A DNA stretch of 64,000 nt from Clostridia bacterium (GTDB taxonomy: Bacteria > Bacillota > Clostridia > Christensenellales > Aristaeellaceae): contig JAFRPG010000100.1 in NCBI GenBank assembly GCA_017429265.1, forward strand, positions 14,645-78,644. Direction: 5' to 3'. The position numbers and the translations under genes are program-made. How positions within the stretch are numbered: the stretch's first letter is position 1; each line of letters begins with the position of its first letter. The notes beneath the pieces were generated by a model. It saw only the letters and a program-made list of their open reading frames with translations, had not been told where the DNA came from and made no database searches. Positions 9,842 to 19,048 of this stretch are shown here, in pieces.

Positions 9842-11822
9842 CGCTGTTCTTTTCGAATTCGCTGTCTTCCGTCCCGGCGGTTTCTTCCCCGCCGAGTTCC
9901 TCGATCGTCGCCTCGATGCTCACCGGCTCTTCCCGCTCAAGCGGCTTGCCGCTCATCAGGGCCAGGAATTCGCTGCGGCTGACAGTCATCTCGCGCTTGA
10001 GCGTTTCCACCAGTGCGTTCAGCTCGTCGCGGTGCTCCGCGATGATCGCCTTCGCGCGGTCGTAGCACGCGTCGAGCATCTTCTTGACTTCCGCGTCGAT
10101 CTGCGCGGCGACATTCTCGGAATACTCGCGGCTCTGGCCGAACTCCATGCCCACGAAGACCTCCTGGTCGCTGCCCAGATAGATCGTGCCGAGGGCCTCG
10201 CTCATGCCGTACTGCGTCACCATCCGGCGGCAGAACTCGGTCGCCCGCTTGAGGTCGGAGGACGATCCCGTATAGACCTCGCCGAGGATGACTTCCTCCG
10301 CCGCGTGTCCGCCCAGCATCATGCAGATCATGTCGAGCATCTGGGAGCGGCTCATGCTGTCGTGCTCCTCCGCCGGGAGGGCCAGGGTGTGGCCGCCGCT
10401 CTGTCCGCGCGGCATGATCGTCACGAGGTGGACCTCATCGCAGCCGGGCAGGAAGTGGCCGACCACCGCGTGGCCGCTCTCGTGGACCGCCACCATGTGC
10501 TGGTCCTTCGGATTGACCTTGTGGCTCTTCTTCTCCGGGCCCATCTGCACGCGGTCGATGGCCTCGATCAGGGTCTTCTGATTGATGTCCTTGCTCTTGC
10601 TGCGGGCAGCCAGGATCGCGCCCTCGTTGATCACGTTGGCGAGCTCCGCGCCCGTGGAGTAGGGCATGCGCTTGGCGATGTTGTCCAGGTCCACGTCCGC
10701 GGCCAGGGGCTTGTTCTTGCTGTGCACCTTCAGGATGGCCACGCGGCCCTCCTGGTCCGGATAGTTGACGGTCACCTGACGGTCAAAGCGGCCGGGACGC
10801 AGCAGGGCCGGGTCGAGGATGTCGCGGCGGTTCGTGGCCGCCATCACGATGACGCCCTCGTTCACGTCAAAGCCGTCCATCTCCACCAGCAGCTGGTTCA
10901 GGGTCTGCTCGCGCTCGTCGTGACCGCCGCCGAGACCGGCGCCGCGGTGACGGCCGACCGCGTCGATCTCATCGATAAAGACGATCGACGGGGCGTTTTT
11001 CTTCGCCTGTTCAAACAGATCGCGCACACGGCTCGCGCCGACGCCGACGAACATCTCCACGAAGTCGGAACCCGAGATCGAGAAAAACGGTACGCCGGCC
11101 TCGCCAGCCACGGCCTTGGCCAGAAGGGTCTTGCCCGTGCCGGGAGGGCCCACGAGGAGCACGCCCTTGGGGATCTTCGCGCCGAGGCTGGTGTAGGTGG
11201 AAGGGTTGCGGAGGAAGTCGACCATCTCCTCGAGCTCTTCCTTCTCCTCGTCGGCGCCGGCCACGTCCGCGAAGGTGACCTTGTTCTTCTCCGGATCCTG
11301 CATGCGGGCGTTGGAGCGGCTGAAGTTCATCACCTTGCTGCCGCCGCCCATCTGGCTCCGCATCATGAAGTACCAGATCATCACCACGACGCCCATCATA
11401 ACCAGATAGGGAATGAAGTCCAGCAGCCAGGAGCGCGTCACGGGCGCCCGGTACTGGATCTTGAAGCCGAGATCGGCCGCCGTCAGGGTTTCCGCATCCT
11501 TCCCGGTCGCCGCGGCGATGATCCCCTTCGCGTCCTCGATGAACTGCACGTCGCTGCCGATCGTGGTCTCGAAGTCATAGTCGTTCTCCGGGAAATCCCG
11601 CTCCTGCACCCTGGAGCCGGTAGCCTTCACGCCGACCAGGGAGGTCCCGCGCATGGCGACCGCCTTGATCTCGCCGTTCCTGACCATCTCCAAAATCTGG
11701 TGATACTCGACCCGCCTGTTCTGACCCGCGCCGCCCAGGGCGTTGTTCAGCATGATGGCGATCAGAAGCATCACACCGATAATAATGACATAACTCATCA
11801 GACCTCTGTTGGTTTTTTTCAC
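9831..11822 (-). CDS. ftsH: ATP-dependent zinc metalloprotease FtsH
   Basis: Walker A GPPGTGKT, zinc site HESGHA, N-terminal TMs. GTG start 7 nt after AAGGAGG; the track start at 11840 lies inside the RBS. Confidence 0.92.
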   Translation of the reverse strand: MKKTNRGLMSYVIIIGVMLLIAIMLNNALGGAGQNRRVEYHQILEMVRNGEIKAVAMRGTSLVGVKATGSRVQERDFPENDYDFETTIGSDVQFIEDAKGIIAAATGKDAETLTAADLGFKIQYRAPVTRSWLLDFIPYLVMMGVVVMIWYFMMRSQMGGGSKVMNFSRSNARMQDPEKNKVTFADVAGADEEKEELEEMVDFLRNPSTYTSLGAKIPKGVLLVGPPGTGKTLLAKAVAGEAGVPFFSISGSDFVEMFVGVGASRVRDLFEQAKKNAPSIVFIDEIDAVGRHRGAGLGGGHDEREQTLNQLLVEMDGFDVNEGVIVMAATNRRDILDPALLRPGRFDRQVTVNYPDQEGRVAILKVHSKNKPLAADVDLDNIAKRMPYSTGAELANVINEGAILAARSKSKDINQKTLIEAIDRVQMGPEKKSHKVNPKDQHMVAVHESGHAVVGHFLPGCDEVHLVTIMPRGQSGGHTLALPAEEHDSMSRSQMLDMICMMLGGHAAEEVILGEVYTGSSSDLKRATEFCRRMVTQYGMSEALGTIYLGSDQEVFVGMEFGQSREYSENVAAQIDAEVKKMLDACYDRAKAIIAEHRDELNALVETLKREMTVSRSEFLALMSGKPLEREEPVSIEATIEELGGEETAGTEDSEFEKNSDEG

Positions 11823-11899
11823 AGAAAGGTCCTCCTTCATCCAAGAATCGGTGCGAACACCGAAAAGAAATTATACCATAAACAGTTGCTTTTTGCAAA

Positions 11900-12463
11900 T
11901 CAGTCCGTCTGCTCGTAGATCCGGGGCGCCAGGACGCCGATATCGGGTAAATTACGGTACTTTCCGTCATAGTCGAGGCCGTACCCGACCACGAAGGCGT
12001 CCGGGATCTGGAAGCAGGCGTAGTCCGGTTTCAGGTCCACCCGGCGGCGGGCCGGCTTGTCGAGGAGCGTCGCGATACGGATCGATTTCGCGCCCTTGTA
12101 CTTCAGGTGGCCCAGGAGGAACTTCAGCGTCATGCCGGAGTCGATGATGTCCTCCACGATCAGGATGTCCTTGCCGGTGATATCGTGGTCGAGGTCCTTG
12201 CGGATCTGCACAACGCCGGTGGATTCGGTCGCGCTGCCGTAGGAGGATACCGCCATGAACTCGATGGACACGGGCAGATCCAGTTCGCGCATCAGGTCGC
12301 TGAAGAACACGATGGCGCCGTTGAGGATGCCCAGAAGCACGGGCTCCTTGCCGGCGTAGTCCCTGGTGATCTGTTCGCCCAGTGCCTTCACGGACGCGGC
12401 GATCTCTTCCTTGGTGACCAGGATCCTGTCCAGATCCTTGTAGATGACGGCGTTATGATCCAT
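11900..12463 (-). CDS. hpt: hypoxanthine phosphoribosyltransferase
   Basis: PRPP-binding ILIVEDIIDSGMTL. Conserved tilS-hpt-ftsH order. Confidence 0.9.
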   Translation of the reverse strand: MDHNAVIYKDLDRILVTKEEIAASVKALGEQITRDYAGKEPVLLGILNGAIVFFSDLMRELDLPVSIEFMAVSSYGSATESTGVVQIRKDLDHDITGKDILIVEDIIDSGMTLKFLLGHLKYKGAKSIRIATLLDKPARRRVDLKPDYACFQIPDAFVVGYGLDYDGKYRNLPDIGVLAPRIYEQTD

Positions 12464-13808
12464 GCTGCTCCTCCTTCAGGGTCCAGGGCATGCTGCCCTC
12501 CCAGGTGAATGTGACGGTGTCTGTCGTATCGGGATGATCCGTCGCTGTCCCGCCCTCGCCGCGTCCGAGCCCGGCCGCGTGCAGGACGGTCTTCCCCATG
12601 CAGATCAGGGGGACCCGTGCGCGGAAGGAGCGGTCCACCTCCCGCTGCCGGAAGTAGTCCTCCAGCGGACGCCTGTGTCCGCTGTGCGGCGGCAGGATCG
12701 TGTCGCCCCGGCGCGGTGTCCTGACCGTGAGCGACGGCAGCAGCGCCGCCGGCACCGTCAGACTCACACGGTCACCTGCACCGCTCTCCGTCCGGACCAG
12801 ACGGCAGCCGGAGAGGACGACTCCGGCGGATCCGTCCAGCGGGTACACCGGCGATGCGGACGTTTCCGTCCCGGCTTTCAGGTGTAGGCAATGCCTCTCG
12901 CGGAAGGCCCGCAGGCCGCCGGGCAGATTGCAGCAGCCGCCTTCCGGCCCCAGGGCCGTGCGCATCAGCTCCTCCGTCTGTTCCGCGGAGAGGCTGCGCT
13001 CATCCGGCCCGTCCTGCGCTTTCCGGGCCCACCAGGTCCGGAGCGCACGCCGCTGCAGGCCGGTCGGCAGTCTCCGCAGGGGCGGCAGCCACAGCCAGTC
13101 CTCCCCCGCGTTTCTGTCCAGGAAATCCGCCGTCAGCGCTTCCAGTGTCCGCAGATCCTCCCGCAAAAGTTCCGCCGTCTGCGCGATATGCCTTTCGGCC
13201 TCCGGGCTTACGCCGCGCATGACCGGCAGCACCTCGAGGCGCACCCGGTTGCGCAGAAAGCCCGTCTCCTCGTTCGTCGCGTCCTCGCGCCAGTCCTGGC
13301 CGATTCCGCGCAGGCACTCCCGCAGTTCCCCGCGCGTCCGGCCGAGCAGCGGGCGCACGATCCGCATGCCGTAGAGTTCCGTCTCAGCCTCCATGCCGCA
13401 CAGGCCGCGCAGGCCGGCGCCGCGCAGGAGGTGCGTCAGGACCGTCTCCGCCTGGTCGCCGCGATGGTGCGCCAGCGCCAGGGCCTCGCATCCGGTCACG
13501 TCCATGGCCCGGCGGAAGGCGGCATAGCGCGCGTCGCGGGCCGGGCCCTCTCCGGTCCCAAGTGCCAGCGACAGACGCTCCACGGTCAGGTCCACGCCGA
13601 GGCTTTCGCACAGGATGCGGCAGAAGGCCTCGTCGCCGTCGGACGCCTCGCCGCGCAGGCCGTGGTTCACATGGACAGCGGCGATCCGCTTGCCGGACAG
13701 GCAGCACAGGATCCGCAGCAGCGCCACCGAATCCGCCCCGCCGGAGAGTCCGACCAGGATGCTGTCCGGCAGCGGAGCCAGCCGGGCCGCGATCTCTTCC
13801 GGACGCAT
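12453..13808 (-). CDS. tilS: tRNA(Ile)-lysidine synthase
   Basis: PP-loop VGLSGGADSVALL. Start placed at MRPEEIAARL (ATG 13808), directly after the upstream stop; the track ORF extends further. Confidence 0.85.
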   Translation of the reverse strand: MRPEEIAARLAPLPDSILVGLSGGADSVALLRILCCLSGKRIAAVHVNHGLRGEASDGDEAFCRILCESLGVDLTVERLSLALGTGEGPARDARYAAFRRAMDVTGCEALALAHHRGDQAETVLTHLLRGAGLRGLCGMEAETELYGMRIVRPLLGRTRGELRECLRGIGQDWREDATNEETGFLRNRVRLEVLPVMRGVSPEAERHIAQTAELLREDLRTLEALTADFLDRNAGEDWLWLPPLRRLPTGLQRRALRTWWARKAQDGPDERSLSAEQTEELMRTALGPEGGCCNLPGGLRAFRERHCLHLKAGTETSASPVYPLDGSAGVVLSGCRLVRTESGAGDRVSLTVPAALLPSLTVRTPRRGDTILPPHSGHRRPLEDYFRQREVDRSFRARVPLICMGKTVLHAAGLGRGEGGTATDHPDTTDTVTFTWEGSMPWTLKEEQHGS

Positions 13809-13809
13809 G

Positions 13810-15132
13810 TCAGTACAGCCCGGGCGCGCCGCATACGGGACACGGATGCAGCTCGCCGTGCCGCCCTTCCCTGAGTTCGCGATAGGTGAACGAATCATGA
13901 AGGGGCAGATAACGTTCGGAAATCGAAGGGCAGTTCGGATCCGCGTGGTAATACCTCCCGCCCTTCGGGTTGAAATAGAGTACCGTGCTGTCGTCGGCGG
14001 CCGGCGGCGGGGTTGGAGGTTGGGTCGGTTTGGATTGCGGGATCACAGGTGCGGGCGTCTGTACCGGCAGCGTGGTCTCCGTCCGCGGCGGCGCGCCGCA
14101 CACGGTGCACGGCACCAGGTGAGCATACATAACTTCCCCCAGCTGGCGGTACAGGAAGCAGTACTCCAGCGGCAGATAAAGGTCCGCGACCGACGGGCAG
14201 TACGGGTCCGCATGATAGTAGCGGCCTCCGTAGGGATTGAAATACAGAAGGCTGTCCGCAGCGGGAAGCAGGGTCTCCCCCGTCTCCTCGCGCTCCGTGA
14301 AGCGCAGGCTCCGCGGATCCACTCCCCAGGTCGTTTCGCCCTGCCGCAAAAGCAGCATCGTAATCCCGTACCGTTTCGGCGGAACGGCCGACCCATAATG
14401 GCCCACGACCGCGGAAACCGTCGCGGTGAGCTTTCCGGTCTCTGTCCGGCCTTCGATCGATTCCACCTCATAGCTGAAAATCTGACGGTTCTCCAGCAGG
14501 GCAGCCAGCGCAAGGGTGTGACTGAGGCTGCCGCTGATCAGCACGGGGATATCCCATGCGTTCGCACAGGTCCAGACCATCCCGTCCAGATCGCCGTCCG
14601 TCCAGTAATCCATGAATGCCTGCAGACAAGCTTCCGGGGTGTCATACTCCGGCGCAGAGACGGCCTTCGGTTCGGTGTATTCCTCATAGAACCGGATCGC
14701 GTCCGGGTCCATGTACCAACGCTCCTCCTCCAGGACCAGCCCGAGGGTGATCAGGAAGGGTCTGACCGTTTCGGTGCGCGTCCGGGATCCGACGGATGCC
14801 TGCACCAGCGCGGTCCGGCGGGGATCGGTCTCCGCACCGGTGATCCCGAGCAGCGTGTCGTCCGTCAGCGTGTACATCCCGATGAGCATGAAGAGCGCGG
14901 CCTGAGCGTTTCTGCCCTCCGGCAGGGAGGCCTGCCATCCCGGGGAACAGCAGGCCGCCATCCCGTCAAAGTCGTTCAGCTTCAATGCGTCGAGGAAGGT
15001 TTGAAGGCATGCGCCCGCGGTGCTGTCGTGGTCGGCCGGGATCTCCTCGGCGCGGACCGCGATCATGCCCGGAAGCAGCAGAAGCGCGCACAGGAGCGCG
15101 GTCAGACGGATCCACCCGCGGTTCTCTTTCAT
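13810..15132 (-). CDS. secreted protein: two ~110-aa modules plus two His/Cys3 motif domains
   Basis: Signal peptide. Duplicated module (ACLQTFLDALK.../ACLQAFMDYWT...). Two copies of LYFNPxGGRYYHADPxCP...PCxVCGAP separated by a Pro/Thr linker. Confidence 0.7.
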   Translation of the reverse strand: MKENRGWIRLTALLCALLLLPGMIAVRAEEIPADHDSTAGACLQTFLDALKLNDFDGMAACCSPGWQASLPEGRNAQAALFMLIGMYTLTDDTLLGITGAETDPRRTALVQASVGSRTRTETVRPFLITLGLVLEEERWYMDPDAIRFYEEYTEPKAVSAPEYDTPEACLQAFMDYWTDGDLDGMVWTCANAWDIPVLISGSLSHTLALAALLENRQIFSYEVESIEGRTETGKLTATVSAVVGHYGSAVPPKRYGITMLLLRQGETTWGVDPRSLRFTEREETGETLLPAADSLLYFNPYGGRYYHADPYCPSVADLYLPLEYCFLYRQLGEVMYAHLVPCTVCGAPPRTETTLPVQTPAPVIPQSKPTQPPTPPPAADDSTVLYFNPKGGRYYHADPNCPSISERYLPLHDSFTYRELREGRHGELHPCPVCGAPGLY

Positions 15133-15159
15133 CCGGTTCCTCCCTTCTCCCCTTGCCGT

Positions 15160-16623
15160 TTACTTGGGGCGGCTCGGCGCGCCGCAGGAACCGCAGGGCA
15201 GCAGGTTCCTGAAGTTGCCCTCATTGATCTGCGCGTAGTAGAAGAAGCTCTTCAGGGGCTTGTATTTCTGTCCGAGCGTCGGGCAGTTCGGGTCGACGTG
15301 GTAGTACTTGCCGCCGTCCGGGTTGTAATAGAGGAGCGTGCTCTCCGTCGCCGGAGCGGGGGTCGGAGGCTGGGTCGGCTTGGAGGAAGTGCTGGTGGGC
15401 GCCGGCGTCGGCTCATAGCTCTGGAGCGACTTCGGGTTGACGTACCAGCTCTCGTTCTCCCGGACCATGATCACCGACATCTGATACTGCTTCACCGCGT
15501 CGGCCGAACCGGTCTGGCGGTCGATCGTCGCCATGATCGTCACGGTGCGGCTCTCGCTCTCGTTGGTGCCGGTGATGTTCAGCAGCTCATAGTCGATCAG
15601 CTTGCGGTTCTGCAGGATCGTGAAGAGGGACTGGAGGGCGTCCGTCGAGCGGCTCAGCGAGCGCTGCCAGCTCGGCGCGCAGAGATTGACCATGTATTGC
15701 TTATCATTGACTTTCCAATGGTCGAGGAAGTCCCGGAGCCGCTGCTCGGACTCGTCCGCGGCCTGGTCCTGCTGGGGCGCAGGCGTAGGGGTCTCCGTCT
15801 CTTCCTCGTTCACGGCCTGGAGCCCGATGGCCTGCGCCCCGGTCGGCGTCGGCTCGGGGTCCGCGGCGGTGTTCGCTTTGTCCGGCGCGATGTGCGGCAG
15901 TGCCATGATGACGGCCACCGCCAGCGCGAGCACATAGAGCACGGTGATCATCATCTGCGTCGACTTCCCGAAGGGGTTCATGTACCACATCGCGATGACG
16001 GTGGAGACGGCGCCCAGGGAGAGCAGGATGGTGGAGAGCGTCCGCATGGAGCCGGTCAGCAGCATCGTGATGATGAACAGGACGGGGATCACGCCGCAGG
16101 AGATGATGATGAACAGCATTTGCCAGTTGAACGGCCGCTTGGGATTCGGCGTCGGGCCGTTGTACAGCTGGGCCTCCTGCCAGTTCTGCGGCTGGAGCGG
16201 CTGAAAGCCGTCCATCCCCTGCTGTGGGCCGGTCCCGTTCAGCGGCATCTGCGGCCAGGCGCCCTGCTGGCTCTCCTGCTGCGGCTGGGGATTCCATCCG
16301 CCGGGCTGTCCGCCGCCGTACTGCGGCCAGGCGTTCTGGGGACCGGAGACGCCCAGGCCGTTCTGCTGTGCGCCGTTCTGCCAGGGTTGTGCTCCCTGCT
16401 GCTGCCAGCCGAAGCCGCTCTGGCCGGCATTCTGCCCGCTATAGGCATCCATCCGGGCCTGCTGGCCGAAGCCGGGGGTCATCCCCTGTCCCATGCTCGC
16501 ATAACCGCCGGCCTGGGGAGAACTCTGCTGGTTCCACAGGCTGTTGTTGTATACCCCCGGTTCCTGGCCCGCGGAGGCATCCTGAGGCTGCATACCGCCC
16601 GCCTGCGAAGGATCCTGATACAT
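15160..16623 (-). CDS. membrane protein: Gln/Gly/Pro-rich N-terminus, TMs, one module plus one His/Cys3 motif domain (paralogue of 13810-15132)
   Basis: About 160 aa of Q/G/P/W-rich low complexity, then TM helices. RLRDFLDHWKVND... module. C-terminal LLYYNPDGGKYYHVDPNCP...LPCGSCGAP. Confidence 0.7.
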   Translation of the reverse strand: MYQDPSQAGGMQPQDASAGQEPGVYNNSLWNQQSSPQAGGYASMGQGMTPGFGQQARMDAYSGQNAGQSGFGWQQQGAQPWQNGAQQNGLGVSGPQNAWPQYGGGQPGGWNPQPQQESQQGAWPQMPLNGTGPQQGMDGFQPLQPQNWQEAQLYNGPTPNPKRPFNWQMLFIIISCGVIPVLFIITMLLTGSMRTLSTILLSLGAVSTVIAMWYMNPFGKSTQMMITVLYVLALAVAVIMALPHIAPDKANTAADPEPTPTGAQAIGLQAVNEEETETPTPAPQQDQAADESEQRLRDFLDHWKVNDKQYMVNLCAPSWQRSLSRSTDALQSLFTILQNRKLIDYELLNITGTNESESRTVTIMATIDRQTGSADAVKQYQMSVIMVRENESWYVNPKSLQSYEPTPAPTSTSSKPTQPPTPAPATESTLLYYNPDGGKYYHVDPNCPTLGQKYKPLKSFFYYAQINEGNFRNLLPCGSCGAPSRPK

Positions 16624-16788
16624 GATATCTTCCTTTCGTCCCGTATTGCTTCATTAATTCAGAAAATACCGATGCGTAAACAGAATGACTCGCGTCATTC
16701 CCTGACAGTATACCACATCTCCATGGATTCTCAACCGAAAGAATGTAAATTTTCGGCTCTTCACGGAAAGTTCGGGAAAACCATTATG

Positions 16789-17010
16789 AGAGGGTTTCGC
16801 GCTCTGCGGAGCGCGCCAGGGGCTTTCCGATCGCCCCTGGACCCTTCGGGGCCGTCTCTTTCTTGTTAGTTGTCGGGTAAGGCTGAGACCATAGCCTGGC
16901 ATTCCATAAAAACCTGACAATTCCCAAGAATTATTTAACGGGACGGCCCCGAAGGAGTCCAGAGGGCGATCGGAAAGCCCTCTGGTGCCCCCGCAGGCGC
17001 ATTCCCTCAC
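16789..17010. repeat. imperfect ~70-bp-arm inverted repeat (REP/MITE-like) in an intergenic region
   Basis: Left arm 16789-16857 against the reverse complement of right arm 16940-17010. Inner ~40 bp nearly identical (GGGCTTTCCGATCGCCC..GGAC.CTTCGGGGCCGTC). Spacer ~82 bp. Confidence 0.7.
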
Positions 17011-17080
17011 CAACGGAATTTCCCTAACTAAACGTGAAGAACCAGATTTTCGGCTCTCTTCCATGAGAAAATGCGATGAG

Positions 17081-17103
17081 AAAAACCCGGCGCGGCGGCC
17101 GGG
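17081..17103 (-). terminator. intrinsic terminator after the MATE-fusion gene
   Basis: On the minus strand, CCCGGC-cgccgc-GCCGGG hairpin followed by TTTTT, about 15 nt after the stop at 17120. Confidence 0.55.
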
Positions 17104-17119
17104 CGGGACGCGGGCGGAA

Positions 17120-18880
17120 TCAGTCCGCCCGCAGCTTCAGGATCAGGTTGTTGAGGTTGAGGGAGTAGGTGTAGGACGCCTCCCTGGCCAGGGCCATGAC
17201 CAGGCGGATCCCGAGATGCGGCTTTGAGTCGTCCGGCAGGTAGGAGATCGGGTCGAACGCGCCGCAGTCGTCGCGGAAGCGGATCACCCACATGTCCTCC
17301 TTGTGCAGGATGCGGATGGAGAGATGGTGCTGCTTTCCGTCCTGGATGAATCCGTACTGGATCACGTTGACGGCCATCTCCTCCACGCACAGGGCCATCT
17401 CAGCGCTGAACTTGGCGCTCTCGCCCTGCTGCAGGCAGAACTCCTCCACCTGCCGGGAAGCGTCGGCGACGTCCTTCATCTGGTGGAGATGGAACTCGAG
17501 CAGACGGTCGTCCGGCACACCGAAGCTGTCCCGCAGCAGGAGGTACGCGCCGTCCTTCCACGGTTTTTTGCCTGTCTTCAGGCGCACGTACAGCCCGATG
17601 CATCCAAGCGTCAGCAGCTCACCCACCACGGAGTACAGCCACGCGCCGTTCACGCCCAGCAGCAGGCTGAACACGTACGCGGCCAGCGTGGGCAGCAGAG
17701 CGCCCTCCAGAAGTGACAGGACCTCCATCATCACGACGCGGCCCGTCGCCTGGTACATGCTCTTGAGCGCGTTGTTCATGCAGCAGGGGATCAGCCCGGC
17801 GGCAAAGATCCGCAGGCCAAGGATCGCGAGGCTCTGCGTCTCGCCCGGTTCCGGGATGAACAGGCCGATCACCGCGGGGGCAAAGATGAGCAGGATCACA
17901 CCCATCGCCAGGCCGAGTACGACCGAATAGCGGAAGAGCAGGGCGATCAGCCGGCGGAGGCTCGTCCTGTCCTCCTCGCTGTAGAAGATGCCCGCCAGGG
18001 TCAGGGATGTCCCCGAGATGCCCGTGCTGATGCAGTAGGAGGCGTTGCCGATGCTGAGGATGATGGCAAAGGCGGCCAGCGCGCTGCTCGCGCCGATGTT
18101 CCGCAGGATGCGGTTGATCAGGAAGACCATGATCATCGTCGAGCCCATCGTGAAGCCCGCGGGAATGCCGCTGCGGAAGATCTCCCCGATCTTCTTCCAG
18201 CTGACCTGACGGATGTGGAAGCGGAAAACGGACCTCTTGGACAGGAAATACACCGCGCCGATCGCGAGGGCGATGTAGTAGCTGAGAGAGGAGGCCAGGC
18301 CCATGCCGAACATCGGGCCCATGCCGAGCATGCCTTCCTTAAAGACCGTGACGGACAGCAGGTCCAGGGCGACATCGGAGATCGTCATGCTCAGGACGGC
18401 GACGATCAGCAGGCCGTTCTGCCCGGCCATCTGCATGAAGGGCACGAGCACCAGCGAACCCATCGAGCCGGGCGCGCCGATCGAGAAGCCCTTCAGGTAG
18501 TCGTTCGTCTGGTCGAACAGGGGGCCGTTCCGCCCGGCGCCCAGCACATGCGCCGCCGTCGGGCTCAGGATCAGCATCCCGATCATGAACGCCACGGAGA
18601 TCACCGCGGCCACCAGCGTCGCGGAGGAGAAGCCCGCGTTGGTCTCCTCCTGGGATCCCTTGCCGAGAGATTTGCCGCAGGTGATCTGGATGCCGGCCGC
18701 CAGCAGGCTCCCGGTCGCGCCAATCGCGAGCAGCGCGGGGTTCGCGAGTCCGAAGGCCGCGAGGTACTCTTCCCCGAGGAAGCGGCTGATCATCACGTTG
18801 TCGATCAGCAGACAGAGGGAGACCGTCAGCGCGGAAAACACCTGCGCCGTCAGCATCTGTCGTACAAGCTTGCGGATCAT
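17120..18880 (-). CDS. MATE-family efflux transporter fused to a C-terminal SpoIIAB-like HATPase domain
   Basis: 12-TM MATE body. The C-terminal ~130 aa carry an N-box (EEMAVNVIQYG) and G1 box (RDDCGAFDP). Start set to MIRKLVRQ (ATG 18880, AGGAGG 9 nt upstream). Confidence 0.75.
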   Translation of the reverse strand: MIRKLVRQMLTAQVFSALTVSLCLLIDNVMISRFLGEEYLAAFGLANPALLAIGATGSLLAAGIQITCGKSLGKGSQEETNAGFSSATLVAAVISVAFMIGMLILSPTAAHVLGAGRNGPLFDQTNDYLKGFSIGAPGSMGSLVLVPFMQMAGQNGLLIVAVLSMTISDVALDLLSVTVFKEGMLGMGPMFGMGLASSLSYYIALAIGAVYFLSKRSVFRFHIRQVSWKKIGEIFRSGIPAGFTMGSTMIMVFLINRILRNIGASSALAAFAIILSIGNASYCISTGISGTSLTLAGIFYSEEDRTSLRRLIALLFRYSVVLGLAMGVILLIFAPAVIGLFIPEPGETQSLAILGLRIFAAGLIPCCMNNALKSMYQATGRVVMMEVLSLLEGALLPTLAAYVFSLLLGVNGAWLYSVVGELLTLGCIGLYVRLKTGKKPWKDGAYLLLRDSFGVPDDRLLEFHLHQMKDVADASRQVEEFCLQQGESAKFSAEMALCVEEMAVNVIQYGFIQDGKQHHLSIRILHKEDMWVIRFRDDCGAFDPISYLPDDSKPHLGIRLVMALAREASYTYSLNLNNLILKLRAD

Positions 18881-19048
18881 GGGCAGCACCCTCCTGTCGC
18901 GGATCATCCGGTCCGCTTCACCGGTATCATATCTCATTCGGAAGGGATTGTCCATAAGGAATTTGAGCGCTTCGGCGAATGAAAAAGCACGGGAAGCGCG
19001 TTGGCTCCCCATGCCTGTTTATGACTGATGCGTGTCCGGGAATACCGG

